Origin: an uncultured Alphaproteobacteria bacterium
GTDB lineage: Bacteria; Pseudomonadota; Alphaproteobacteria; Rhizobiales; Beijerinckiaceae
Direction of reading: 5' to 3'
Assembly: GCA_963774195.1 (NCBI GenBank)
Contig: CAVZDY010000004.1
Location: 365,878 to 429,877, forward strand
DNA length: 64,000 nucleotides
Below are positions 8,953-17,404 of this stretch, piece by piece. The position numbers and the translations under genes are program-made. Under the pieces are notes generated by a model, which saw only the letters and a list, made by a program, of their open reading frames with translations, was not told the origin of the DNA and ran no database searches. How positions within the stretch are numbered: the stretch's first letter is position 1; each line of letters begins with the position of its first letter.

Positions 8953-11556
8953 ATGATCGAGGCCGGCACAGTTGGTGCAATTTTCCAAATTCAGGACGAA
9001 GCCTCCGCCACCCTTCGCAGGCTTGCCGGCGAGTTCGAACGGCTCGACGGGCTGATCAGCAGCACGAAAAAGGAGCTGTCGTCACTCTCCGCGACGCAGT
9101 TCTCCGGCATGATCAAACGGCTTTCGGGCGTCGGCCAGGAACTGACCGGGATCGGGGAAAAGTCGGCGGCCGCATCGAAGGCGATCGGCGAGAATTTTGA
9201 CGGCGCCGGCCTCGCAATCTACAAAGCGATCGAGACAGCAACGTCGAGCGTCTCGGCGAGCTTCGGCAAGATCGACACTGTGGCCGACACGTCGATCGCG
9301 GCGATCGGCAAGTTGAAGGCTGAATTGGCCAGTCTCGGCGCCGCAGCGAAGATCGAGACGCCGGCCATTGCTGCAGCTCAGCATATGCAGAGCTTTACGT
9401 ACAAAGGCCTTGGCGTAGGAGCCGGGCCCGACGGCAGCGTTGGCCGGCATGGCGAGCGCGGCAGCCACGGCCACATCACGCCCCATGGTCAAAGCGTCGG
9501 CCCTTATCACTTCGGCGGCGACGGCTTCATGGCGGCCGCCGGCGGGATCTTCGCCATCGAGGAGGAATTGAAGCATTCCTTCGATATGGCCCACTGGGTC
9601 GCGCAGATGCGCGCGGCAGGCGCCGATGCCAAGACGATCGCGGACGCTACCGGTGCGGCCTGGCAGAATGCCAGCCTGAACTGGAACACCACAGCCGCTG
9701 AGGGCGTCAAAAACATCATCGAGGCCAAGAAGGCCACGGGGGATTGGGGCGAGGCTATCAGGCTATTGCCCGCCCTCTCGACGGCGTCCTTCGCGCTTCA
9801 TTCGGTCACTGCGGCGGGGATGAAGGAAGGCTTTAACTCAGACGCGCAAATCCTGAACTTCGGCCGCACGCTCGACGAACTCGGCATCACCCAAAAAGGA
9901 GCGACCCCAGAGGCGCGCGAAGCGATCATCCGCGATTACTCCGCTGAGATGATCCGGACGATGATCGGCACGCGCGGCCTTGTCGACGCGAACCAGTTTT
10001 ACGCCATGGCCAACAATTCCGGCGGCACGGCGATGAACTGGGACGAGCGCTTCGCGACCGTCGTCGCCCCCATCATCGGGTCGATTATGAAAGCCGGGAA
10101 GCTTGGCAACAGCGACTATATGGCGTTGCGCAGCTACCAACAGGGCGTGATTCCGTCGAAGACGGTCGATCAAATGCTCGACCTGCAACTCCCCGGCGCC
10201 GATGGCAAGATGCGACCGATCAAGCTGCTTTCCGATGCCGATTGGTATCAGGACAAGGCGGGCGTGCACCTCCATCCGAACAACCCGTTCTCGGAAGGGC
10301 TCCAAACCAACCCCTGGGAATGGAGCGCGAAGATCCTGAAGTCGCTCAAGGCGCAAGGCGTCGACATCAGCAACCAGGACACGATGAACAAACTCGTCAA
10401 CGTGATCGCGCCGAACAAGTCGACCGGGCTGTTCATGCGCGAGCTGTTCGAACCGCTGGCGCGCGCGCTCATCCAAAAGGACATCGATTCGCGCGACGCC
10501 GTGCCGAAGGACGCCGCCGGCATTCTCCAGCGCGACGATCCGCTGCTCAAGATGGACGCCCTGTCCAAGAAGTGGCAGGACCTCATGACCGCGCTCGGCG
10601 GCCCAGTCACCGATCCGGCGATCGCCGCCTTGGTCAACTTGACCAAAGGCCTGAATGATATCTCGCAGTTTTTGACGAAGTACCCTGCTGCGTCGAACAT
10701 CTCCTCTTATGCCTTGACGGCCGCGGCGAGCATCGCGGTCCTTGCAGGCGCGATCAAGCTGCTCGGTCTCGCCGGCCCGCTGGCCTGGCTGTTCAAAGGC
10801 CCTGGTGGCGGCGCTCCTACGGCTCCGGCAGCGCCGGTTGCGCGCGACATGCTCGGCGACATCACCAAGACGGTTGAAGGCGCAGTCGACGGGGCCGTGA
10901 AAGGCGGCGCAGTCGAAGGCATGCTGAGCAAGACGCTGCGCGGCGGCGTGGTTGGCGGCCTCGTCTACGCTCTTGGCGATTGGGCGATCAACACGTTGGT
11001 CCCACTGACCCCGGAGCAGCAGAAGAACCTCGAGGATCATTCGGTGGCAGGATGGCTGCGCTACCTCGCCGAACAGGCGGCGCCGCTCATGTCAGCCGTC
11101 GGCGGCACTGTCCCAAACGCCTCGACTACGCCGATAACGCATCAGGAGCGGGCGACCCTTCCATATCTCAACAACCAAGACCTGCAAGGTATTGGCGCTG
11201 AGCCGGTCGTCTACCCCGGCCTTCCTGGCAGCAGAGAGGCTCAGCGCGCACGCGACGCGCTTTACAATGCCGGCTACTCAAGCGCCGCGCTCTCGGCCGA
11301 AATGGCCCGAGAGTCCGCTCGTGGGCGCGTCATGTCCTCGCCCGAATTCCGCGCCGCCAACCCGCCGAAAGTCGACGTCACCTTGAACAACCAAATCGAC
11401 AACAAGCTGACGATCTATATCGACGGCCAGCAGATCGTCGGCCGCGTCGTCGCCGAGGTCCAGTCGAAAATCATGCAAGGCGCCGAGTTCCGCAAGACGC
11501 CGGCGACCTTCGACACCCACGCCTCATTCGCCGATTCCGGCGCGGAGTTCGGCTGA
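8953..11556 (+). CDS. Tape measure-like protein
   Basis: 867 aa, Ala/Gly-rich helical composition, directly after the G/GT chaperone pair. Confidence 0.7.
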   Translation: MIEAGTVGAIFQIQDEASATLRRLAGEFERLDGLISSTKKELSSLSATQFSGMIKRLSGVGQELTGIGEKSAAASKAIGENFDGAGLAIYKAIETATSSVSASFGKIDTVADTSIAAIGKLKAELASLGAAAKIETPAIAAAQHMQSFTYKGLGVGAGPDGSVGRHGERGSHGHITPHGQSVGPYHFGGDGFMAAAGGIFAIEEELKHSFDMAHWVAQMRAAGADAKTIADATGAAWQNASLNWNTTAAEGVKNIIEAKKATGDWGEAIRLLPALSTASFALHSVTAAGMKEGFNSDAQILNFGRTLDELGITQKGATPEAREAIIRDYSAEMIRTMIGTRGLVDANQFYAMANNSGGTAMNWDERFATVVAPIIGSIMKAGKLGNSDYMALRSYQQGVIPSKTVDQMLDLQLPGADGKMRPIKLLSDADWYQDKAGVHLHPNNPFSEGLQTNPWEWSAKILKSLKAQGVDISNQDTMNKLVNVIAPNKSTGLFMRELFEPLARALIQKDIDSRDAVPKDAAGILQRDDPLLKMDALSKKWQDLMTALGGPVTDPAIAALVNLTKGLNDISQFLTKYPAASNISSYALTAAASIAVLAGAIKLLGLAGPLAWLFKGPGGGAPTAPAAPVARDMLGDITKTVEGAVDGAVKGGAVEGMLSKTLRGGVVGGLVYALGDWAINTLVPLTPEQQKNLEDHSVAGWLRYLAEQAAPLMSAVGGTVPNASTTPITHQERATLPYLNNQDLQGIGAEPVVYPGLPGSREAQRARDALYNAGYSSAALSAEMARESARGRVMSSPEFRAANPPKVDVTLNNQIDNKLTIYIDGQQIVGRVVAEVQSKIMQGAEFRKTPATFDTHASFADSGAEFG

Positions 11557-11834
11557 TGGCGGAATTAGACCGATCGCTTCTGCTGCCGAATAGCCCCGAA
11601 TTGGAGGCGGCTATCGAGTATCTTTTTGGGGAAGGGAAATGTAGCCGCGATAGCGAAAGCGAGGCTCTCCAGGAGGAGCATCGGGCAGCTCTTCGAGAAG
11701 CGATTTGTCAAGCGGAACGCGAACGGGCTGAGCGAGAGGGCGTCCCGTATGATCCTCAGACACAATCGCGAACGGCTGACCGTTCTCAAAGACAATATTG
11801 CATACTGACCGTCGGCCCACCGCTTCAAAGTTGA
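11556..11834 (+). CDS. Hypothetical protein
   Basis: 92 aa ORF whose start overlaps the tape measure stop. Confidence 0.45.
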   Translation: MAELDRSLLLPNSPELEAAIEYLFGEGKCSRDSESEALQEEHRAALREAICQAERERAEREGVPYDPQTQSRTADRSQRQYCILTVGPPLQS

Positions 11835-11983
11835 GCGCAATGTCGTCCGCCACGGCCTCGTCTCTCCCTTTTTCGGCATCCAAGCACCGGACGGGGAGCG
11901 AGTTCGAATCTGGGCGCCGCCACCTCGACAAAGGCCAGCGGGCCATGGTCGCGGCCAAGCCGCACGGGAGAGGTCAAGACGAA

Positions 11984-12472
11984 ATGCCGACGCCGCTTGA
12001 AAAGATGCCCTCATGGCAACGCACGATCGTCGAAGCCAGGCGCGCCGCGATGGACGGCCTGGCGCTCGAAGAGCAGGAAGCGGCCAAGCTGGCGCAGAAA
12101 GCGGCGCGGGAACGTGCGGCCGCGCGCCGTGAGGCATCCAAGCGGCTCGCCCAGAAGATCTACGCGATGTATTTCGACGGCGCCCACATCGGCGAGATCG
12201 CCCATGCCGTCGGCCGCAGCATCAGCAGCGTGCGCCAAGTTGCGGCCCGCTGGGGCTTCCCGATCTCGGTCAGCACGCAAATCCGAATGATCCCGGTTGC
12301 AGTGGCCGACGCCCGCGCTGCTGCGCTCGATCGGGCTTCGGCCGACTACGGCACGACGCGGGCACAGACGCTTGAGGACGCGATGACGTTCCTGCTCGAT
12401 GAGGACGCGCTCGCGCTGCGTCGGCTGCTGCATATCCGGCGGCGCGAAGCCGGCGCGGCTCTCACCGGGTAA
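11984..12472 (+). CDS. Putative HTH DNA-binding protein
   Basis: HTH-like GAHIGEIAHAVGRSISSVRQVAARWG; ATG at 11984 after GGAGAGG. Confidence 0.5.
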   Translation: MPTPLEKMPSWQRTIVEARRAAMDGLALEEQEAAKLAQKAARERAAARREASKRLAQKIYAMYFDGAHIGEIAHAVGRSISSVRQVAARWGFPISVSTQIRMIPVAVADARAAALDRASADYGTTRAQTLEDAMTFLLDEDALALRRLLHIRRREAGAALTG

Positions 12473-12612
12473 GCCATTGATTTTAATCGCCTCAAAATTG
12501 AGGTGCCGCTAAGTCCTTGATTTCAATCGGTCCAAATTTGGACCATCGCTAAGCCGTTGACTTTGAACGACGCAAAATTGCGCCATTGGGTTTCATCCCG
12601 CCCAATTTGGTC
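12470..12612. repeat. 40-bp-period array: IHF-like box plus variable-arm palindrome, three units and a partial fourth
   Basis: Units start at 12470, 12510 and 12550. Bottom strand reads AATCAATGGCTTA, AATCAAGGACTTA, AGTCAACGGCTTA. Palindromes are CCTCAAAATTGAGG, GGTCCAAATTTGGACC, CGCAAAATTGCG. Confidence 0.8.
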
Positions 12613-12640
12613 AGAAAGCGCCGCTTTCAGCTTCGCGACG

Positions 12641-12880
12641 TCACCAAGGAAGCGCCCCATCGGGCCAACAATCGAGCGTCGCTCGCGCGCCGATCTCCGT
12701 CATCTCCACCAGTTGCGCAGGCATACCTTGTGGCCCGAGCAACGTAAGGCTGTGCCCTGGCCCGAATCGGAACGAAATTCCGGTCTGTTGATGCTGAATT
12801 TGACGGGTGTCCGGAAGAACAGAGTAATCGATATATCGAAATCCTGGAGGAAGAGCTTCGTTTGCCATTGACACCACCAC
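12641..12880 (-). CDS. Small hypothetical protein
   Basis: 79 aa ORF converging on the repeat array. Confidence 0.4.
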   Translation of the reverse strand: MVVSMANEALPPGFRYIDYSVLPDTRQIQHQQTGISFRFGPGHSLTLLGPQGMPAQLVEMTEIGARATLDCWPDGALPW

Positions 12881-13018
12881 ACACGCGGGCGCTCAAAGCC
12901 TCGAGGCGACGCTATACCCTAGCTGAAGGTGGTAAAAGAGACGGGGTTCTTCAAGAGGGCTCGCTAATGGTGCGCCGCGAGATTTCCACGGCGGTTGCCG
13001 CATCGAATCCCGTACCAA

Positions 13019-13265
13019 TCATCTTGCCTTCCTCAGCCTCACGCCCGGCCCCTCGCCGTTCTCCTCGACGAAGATGACGCCAGCAGAATTCGAGGGCGCG
13101 CTGAATTGCCGCCAGATTCGGACTCGTCATACTGCCGACGCCATCCACAAGCTCAGCGCGACGTATGGTCGCGACCCCGACGCCAGAAGCGTTGGCCAGG
13201 TCCTCAGCTCGCCACCGGATCAGGGATCGCGCGGCCCGTATTTGAGCGCCGGTGATATCTGACAT
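13019..13265 (-). CDS. XRE-family HTH transcriptional regulator (apparent 1-nt frameshift near 13088)
   Basis: ITGAQIRAARSLIRWRAEDLANASGVGVATIRRAE; the shifted frame supplies the expected tail SAGVIFVEENGEGPGVRLRKAR*. Confidence 0.8.
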
Positions 13266-13371
13266 ATCGTTTGATCTCTCGTTTGACAATTGGCCATCGT
13301 GTGATATTCAGTATATCACGCGATGTATCGACGATCAAACGATCATTGCTGGACGCATCAAGGAGCAACCC

Positions 13372-14053
13372 ATGTCGAAACGCACCGTTTCGGCCGCCGG
13401 CGGAGCTATGCCCGCCCAAGGCCAGCCATCGAACCATCTGGACGCCGCGCTCTTCGCCCTCGCCGAGGAATGCATCGCGGCTGGTCGCGAGCGTGACAAA
13501 GCGCTCGACCGGCTGAAGGCCGCCGAAAAGCGCTATCGCCCGGTTCCGCCGCCGGCTGCCGTCCTTAAAACGGAGAAAGACGCGAGGCTTGGGCTCTACG
13601 TCGGCCCCGGTGCTGACGAGCCTTACGACCGCGAAGAAATCGCGGCGATCCGCGTCTTCTGCCGCGCCGAGGGCGCCAAGCCATGCGGCTCGTCAGTCAA
13701 AACCGCCGCCTATTTTCGCGGACTCGAAATCCTCGACGCCTGGGCAGACTGGCAAGAGAAGGTCGTCCGCGAGGAAGAGCGGTCCGGCTTGGCCGCGGCG
13801 ACGCGAGCCGACATCGAGACCGCAGGCAAGTTTGACGCGATCGCGGGGAAACTCGCAACGACGCCGGCCAGCACTGTCGAGGGCGTCCTAGCGAAGACCC
13901 GGGCGAACTCTTAGCGTCTTCGTCGGCGACGATGCGATCGCGAAGAGCATTCGGGAGGGATTGCGCCATTACGGGCCAAACGACGACGTCGTTTCGGAGA
14001 GCCTCGCGCGCGATCTTATTCGTTTGGTCAAGAGCGAAGGGGTTGCGAAATGA
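13372..14053 (+). CDS. Prophage hypothetical protein (apparent frameshift near 13905)
   Basis: ATG after AAGGAG, divergent from the XRE gene. The alternate frame gives a plausible C-terminus ending at 14053. Confidence 0.5.
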
Positions 14054-14161
14054 AAACCGCCCCGAACCGCGGCGCCGCGCTTGGCGTTCTCGCGTCCGCC
14101 AACAACGTGGCACAGAGCGTCCTTCGCGACTGGGCGCGCCTTTCACGGAGCGAGGCCGCCA

Positions 14162-14530
14162 ATGCCTAAGCGAGGGGATCAAGACGCCGAGCCCAGCCGA
14201 GCCGAGGAACGAGCGCGGCTCGAGCGGGTGGCCGTAGCGGACGAGTTCGAGCGCCTCTATTCGAAGTGGCTCAGGGCGCGTGCGGCGCTCGACGATCCGG
14301 ACTCTGACGAGGATGGCGCGTTGAGAGACGATCGATGCGACGCCGCGGCGCGGGCGCTGCTCATGGTGCCCGCGGTCATGCCCTGGATGATCTGGCAGAA
14401 ATGGCAGGTCCTCGACGAGTGGATGTCCGGCGAGAACGGGTTGCCTGACTGGGCCGACAACCGCATCACCATGGCGCTCGGCGTCATCAAAGCGGACATC
14501 ATGAGCGTGGGCTTGCAGGAGCCGGGCTGA
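14162..14530 (+). CDS. Prophage hypothetical protein
   Basis: Helical ORF (LYSKWLRARAALDD...IWQKWQVLDEW) with coding-like composition. Confidence 0.55.
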   Translation: MPKRGDQDAEPSRAEERARLERVAVADEFERLYSKWLRARAALDDPDSDEDGALRDDRCDAAARALLMVPAVMPWMIWQKWQVLDEWMSGENGLPDWADNRITMALGVIKADIMSVGLQEPG

Positions 14531-14902
14531 GCCGGGGTGCAGCCCGCACCATGGTTGGCCGCCCGAGTTGTTCGAGGCGAAGCGGCGGCCGTTGGCCGCC
14601 CTTTTCATTTTGGACTTAGAGGTAGAGGTGTCTGTACGCCAAAAGATCGCAGACCGACCACCGCTGGCCGTCGACCTCGATCTCGGCAGGCGACGCGGGA
14701 GTTCTATTGAACACGCAGGCGAGGCCAGACGCGAACTTCATGGCGCCGATCCTGGACGGAAAATTGTAGCCGCCGGACGCGCCGGGCAGGCGAACCTGAT
14801 GCTTTGCCATAGAGCCCCTCCGGGCTGTTACCCCTCCCGTCACCCCAGCGAAAATTGCAGGTGGGAGCGGTTTCAAAAAAACAGCTAAGTCATTGAAATA
14901 AA

Positions 14903-14948
14903 TGGCGCGCCCGAAGAGATTCGAACTCCTGACCCCCAGATTCGTAGT
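14903..14948 (-). repeat. att site: 46-bp duplication of the tRNA-Arg 3' half
   Basis: TGGCGCGCCCGAAGAGATTCGAACTCCTGACCCCCAGATTCGTAGT matches 25309-25355 apart from one extra T in the tRNA copy. Confidence 0.95.
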
Positions 14949-15106
14949 TTGACGGTCTAGCATTTTTTGACGTTTCTCGGGGTTTCCGCCTGCTACCAAT
15001 GCCCTGTTTTGCTTAATGTTTCTCATTTCGGCTTGTCGCCGAACGGTTCGCGAGGTAGCCTGTAACTGCTTACCGGCTGCTTACCGGAACGACGCGGAGA
15101 CTCGCA

Positions 15107-16384
15107 ATGCCACAGGGTCGGATTTCCAAAAAGACCGTAGACGCCCTCGCCTGCCCCTCTGACAAGGACCGTGAAATTTTGTGGGACAGTGCGCTGGCGG
15201 GCTTCGGCGTTGCGGCCTTTCCCACAGGACGCAAGGTGTACGTGGCGCAATACCGCCAACACGGGCGCTCGCGCCGCGTCGCCATCGGCGAGCATGGCCG
15301 GCTCACCCCGGACGAAGCGCGCTCGGCGGCCAAAACGATCCTTGGACAGGTCGAGCAAGGAGCCGACCCAATTGACGAGCGGCGCAAGGCGCGAGCCGTC
15401 CGCACGTTCCAGGAGGTCGCCGACGACTTCATGAAGCTGCATGTCGCCGCCAAGCGGAAGGGGCGCACCAGCGAGGAATACGGGCGGCTCCTCCGCCTTC
15501 ACGTGCTTCCGGCGATTGGAGCGCGGCGCGTCTTGGACCTTCGGCGCACGGACCTTGGCCGCCTTCACGGGGAGATGTCTGAGACGCCCCGCACCGCAAA
15601 TCACGCGCTCGCGCTCGTTTCCGCAATCTGGAATTGGGCCGCGCGTCGCGACGAAGTGTCAGCAAGCGACAATCCGGCCAAAGGGATCGAACGCTACGCC
15701 GAAAATGGGCGCGAGCGGTTCTTGACGACCGAAGAGCTTGCTCGCCTCGGAGCCGCGCTGGCGGATGGCGAGTTGGTCGGATTGCCCTACGAAGTGGATG
15801 AGACGAAGCCCGGGGCGAAGCACGCTCCGAAGGCCGAAAAGCGCCGCGTCCGGCTCGACCCATTCGCCGCGGCAGCAATCCGCCTCTTGATCTTAACCGG
15901 GGCGCGCCTTCGCGAGATTTTGGACGCCAAATGGTCAGAGGTCGATTTGGAGCGCGGCGTGATCTTCCTCGCCGACAGCAAGACGGGCAAGAAGCCGATC
16001 TATTTGAGTGCGGCGGCGCAAGAGGTGTTGGCGGGCCTTCCGCGTGTCCAAGGGAATCCGCACGTCATCGCCGGAGCAAGGGAAGCCGCGCCCCGCGCCG
16101 ACCTCAAGAAGCCTTGGGCGGCAGTTACGCGCGCCGCTGGCCTTGAACGCTTACGACTGCACGATTTGCGCCATTCGTTTGCGAGCTTTGGTGCGGGCGC
16201 TTCGCTTGGACTCCCAATCATCGGGAAGTTGCTCGGCCACGCCCAGGCGGCGACGACGCAAAGATACGCTCACCTTGACGCCGACCCTATGCGCCGAGCG
16301 GTTGAAACAATTAGCTCTACGATTGGAGCCGCCCTAAACGGCGGCACAACACGCAATGTCATCGCCCTTGCCAAGCGCAAATGA
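15107..16384 (+). CDS. int: Tyrosine recombinase/integrase with N-terminal arm-binding domain
   Basis: Catalytic R (LTGARLREI), HxxR (LHDLRH), H (LLGH), Y (TQRYAH); about 160 bp from att. Confidence 0.95.
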   Translation: MPQGRISKKTVDALACPSDKDREILWDSALAGFGVAAFPTGRKVYVAQYRQHGRSRRVAIGEHGRLTPDEARSAAKTILGQVEQGADPIDERRKARAVRTFQEVADDFMKLHVAAKRKGRTSEEYGRLLRLHVLPAIGARRVLDLRRTDLGRLHGEMSETPRTANHALALVSAIWNWAARRDEVSASDNPAKGIERYAENGRERFLTTEELARLGAALADGELVGLPYEVDETKPGAKHAPKAEKRRVRLDPFAAAAIRLLILTGARLREILDAKWSEVDLERGVIFLADSKTGKKPIYLSAAAQEVLAGLPRVQGNPHVIAGAREAAPRADLKKPWAAVTRAAGLERLRLHDLRHSFASFGAGASLGLPIIGKLLGHAQAATTQRYAHLDADPMRRAVETISSTIGAALNGGTTRNVIALAKRK

Positions 16385-16622
16385 GCGACGCAAGTTACGC
16401 CGTCAGATTACGTTATGTATTGCCTCACTCCATCCCTGTCATATACGCTATCTTGATCCTGCATTACGGTATTATTTCTTTGGCTTGCCTTACGTTTACG
16501 TGTAATAATTCGCGAAAAACGTGGAAAAACCCACCTAGACGTCGAAAAATATACTTGACGCCCAATATGATGCTTGGTACCCCCCATAGCTTCTTGCTGA
16601 ATAGCGGTGACTATGGAGGGTT

Positions 16623-16865
16623 ATGATGGCGGGCAAGTTGTACACGGAACGAGAGGCGTCTGAGTATTTGAAGCGAGAGAGGGGCATTGACCGCGCACCG
16701 AAGACGCTACGCAAAATGCGCTGCACAAGCTCAGACGGTCCGAAGTTCTTCAAGCTAGGCCGCCGTGTTTATTACGAACAATCCGCTCTTGACGATTTCG
16801 TAACGAGCAAGCTCGGACCGTCGTACTCGTCCACATCCGAAATACGACAGGAACGCTTGAGATGA
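16623..16865 (+). CDS. Excisionase/AlpA-like HTH protein
   Basis: LYTEREASEYL...APKTLRKMRC...GPKFFKLGRRVYYEQSALDDF pattern. Confidence 0.8.
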   Translation: MMAGKLYTEREASEYLKRERGIDRAPKTLRKMRCTSSDGPKFFKLGRRVYYEQSALDDFVTSKLGPSYSSTSEIRQERLR

Positions 16866-17371
16866 TCACTCTTATCGGAGACGAATACGATCAAAAGCCA
16901 AAGGCAGTGTTCGGCATAAAGAAGCAAACGCCCAAAGGTGAGCGAGTTGTGGCGCTGATAGACAGACCGCATGCGGACTCAAGTGAAAGAGCAAAAGAGG
17001 ATTTTGCTCAACTACAGTCAATGTCTTGGTCGCCAAGAATACTCTGCCGCGACACTGAAGGTAGTGATGTGCTTGGATGCGGTTATATACTGTGTGAAGA
17101 TGCGCAAGGAAGACCGGAATTTGCGAATATGGTGATTGTCGAAATGGTTTTGTCTCCGCGGCAATTTGGAATGCGCAAACTTACGTTTTATTACCACAAA
17201 GGCAAGCGCCCGCGCTCTAAAGCACAAATTGAGGCGTACAGGGAGGCAAATGAGCACAAGGGGTTCTTGTTTGCCGGGACTGATCCGATTGCTAATTTAG
17301 AAACACACGTTGAGCACGTTGTCGCGCGTATTCGTGCTCTCTCTCAACAAAGCGCGCCTAACTTCGATTGA
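16862..17371 (+). CDS. Hypothetical protein
   Basis: 169 aa ORF overlapping the upstream stop. Confidence 0.6.
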   Translation: MITLIGDEYDQKPKAVFGIKKQTPKGERVVALIDRPHADSSERAKEDFAQLQSMSWSPRILCRDTEGSDVLGCGYILCEDAQGRPEFANMVIVEMVLSPRQFGMRKLTFYYHKGKRPRSKAQIEAYREANEHKGFLFAGTDPIANLETHVEHVVARIRALSQQSAPNFD

Positions 17372-17404
17372 TGGGAACGTTATCGTAATTCGCTGGGTTT
17401 CGAC

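Noticed and set aside
11880-11960. RRHLDKGQRAMVAAK fragment resembling phage ParB-like proteins
   Set aside because: Too short and without its own start; at most a small remnant.
12470-12612. Possible mini-CRISPR
   Set aside because: Only three units; the constant part is about 13 bp and degenerate, the variable parts are self-palindromic, and no cas genes are present. Kept as a non-CRISPR array.
16381-16626. 81-aa hydrophobic ORF between integrase and excisionase
   Set aside because: AT-rich, promoter-like region with no RBS or recognisable motif; probably regulatory DNA.
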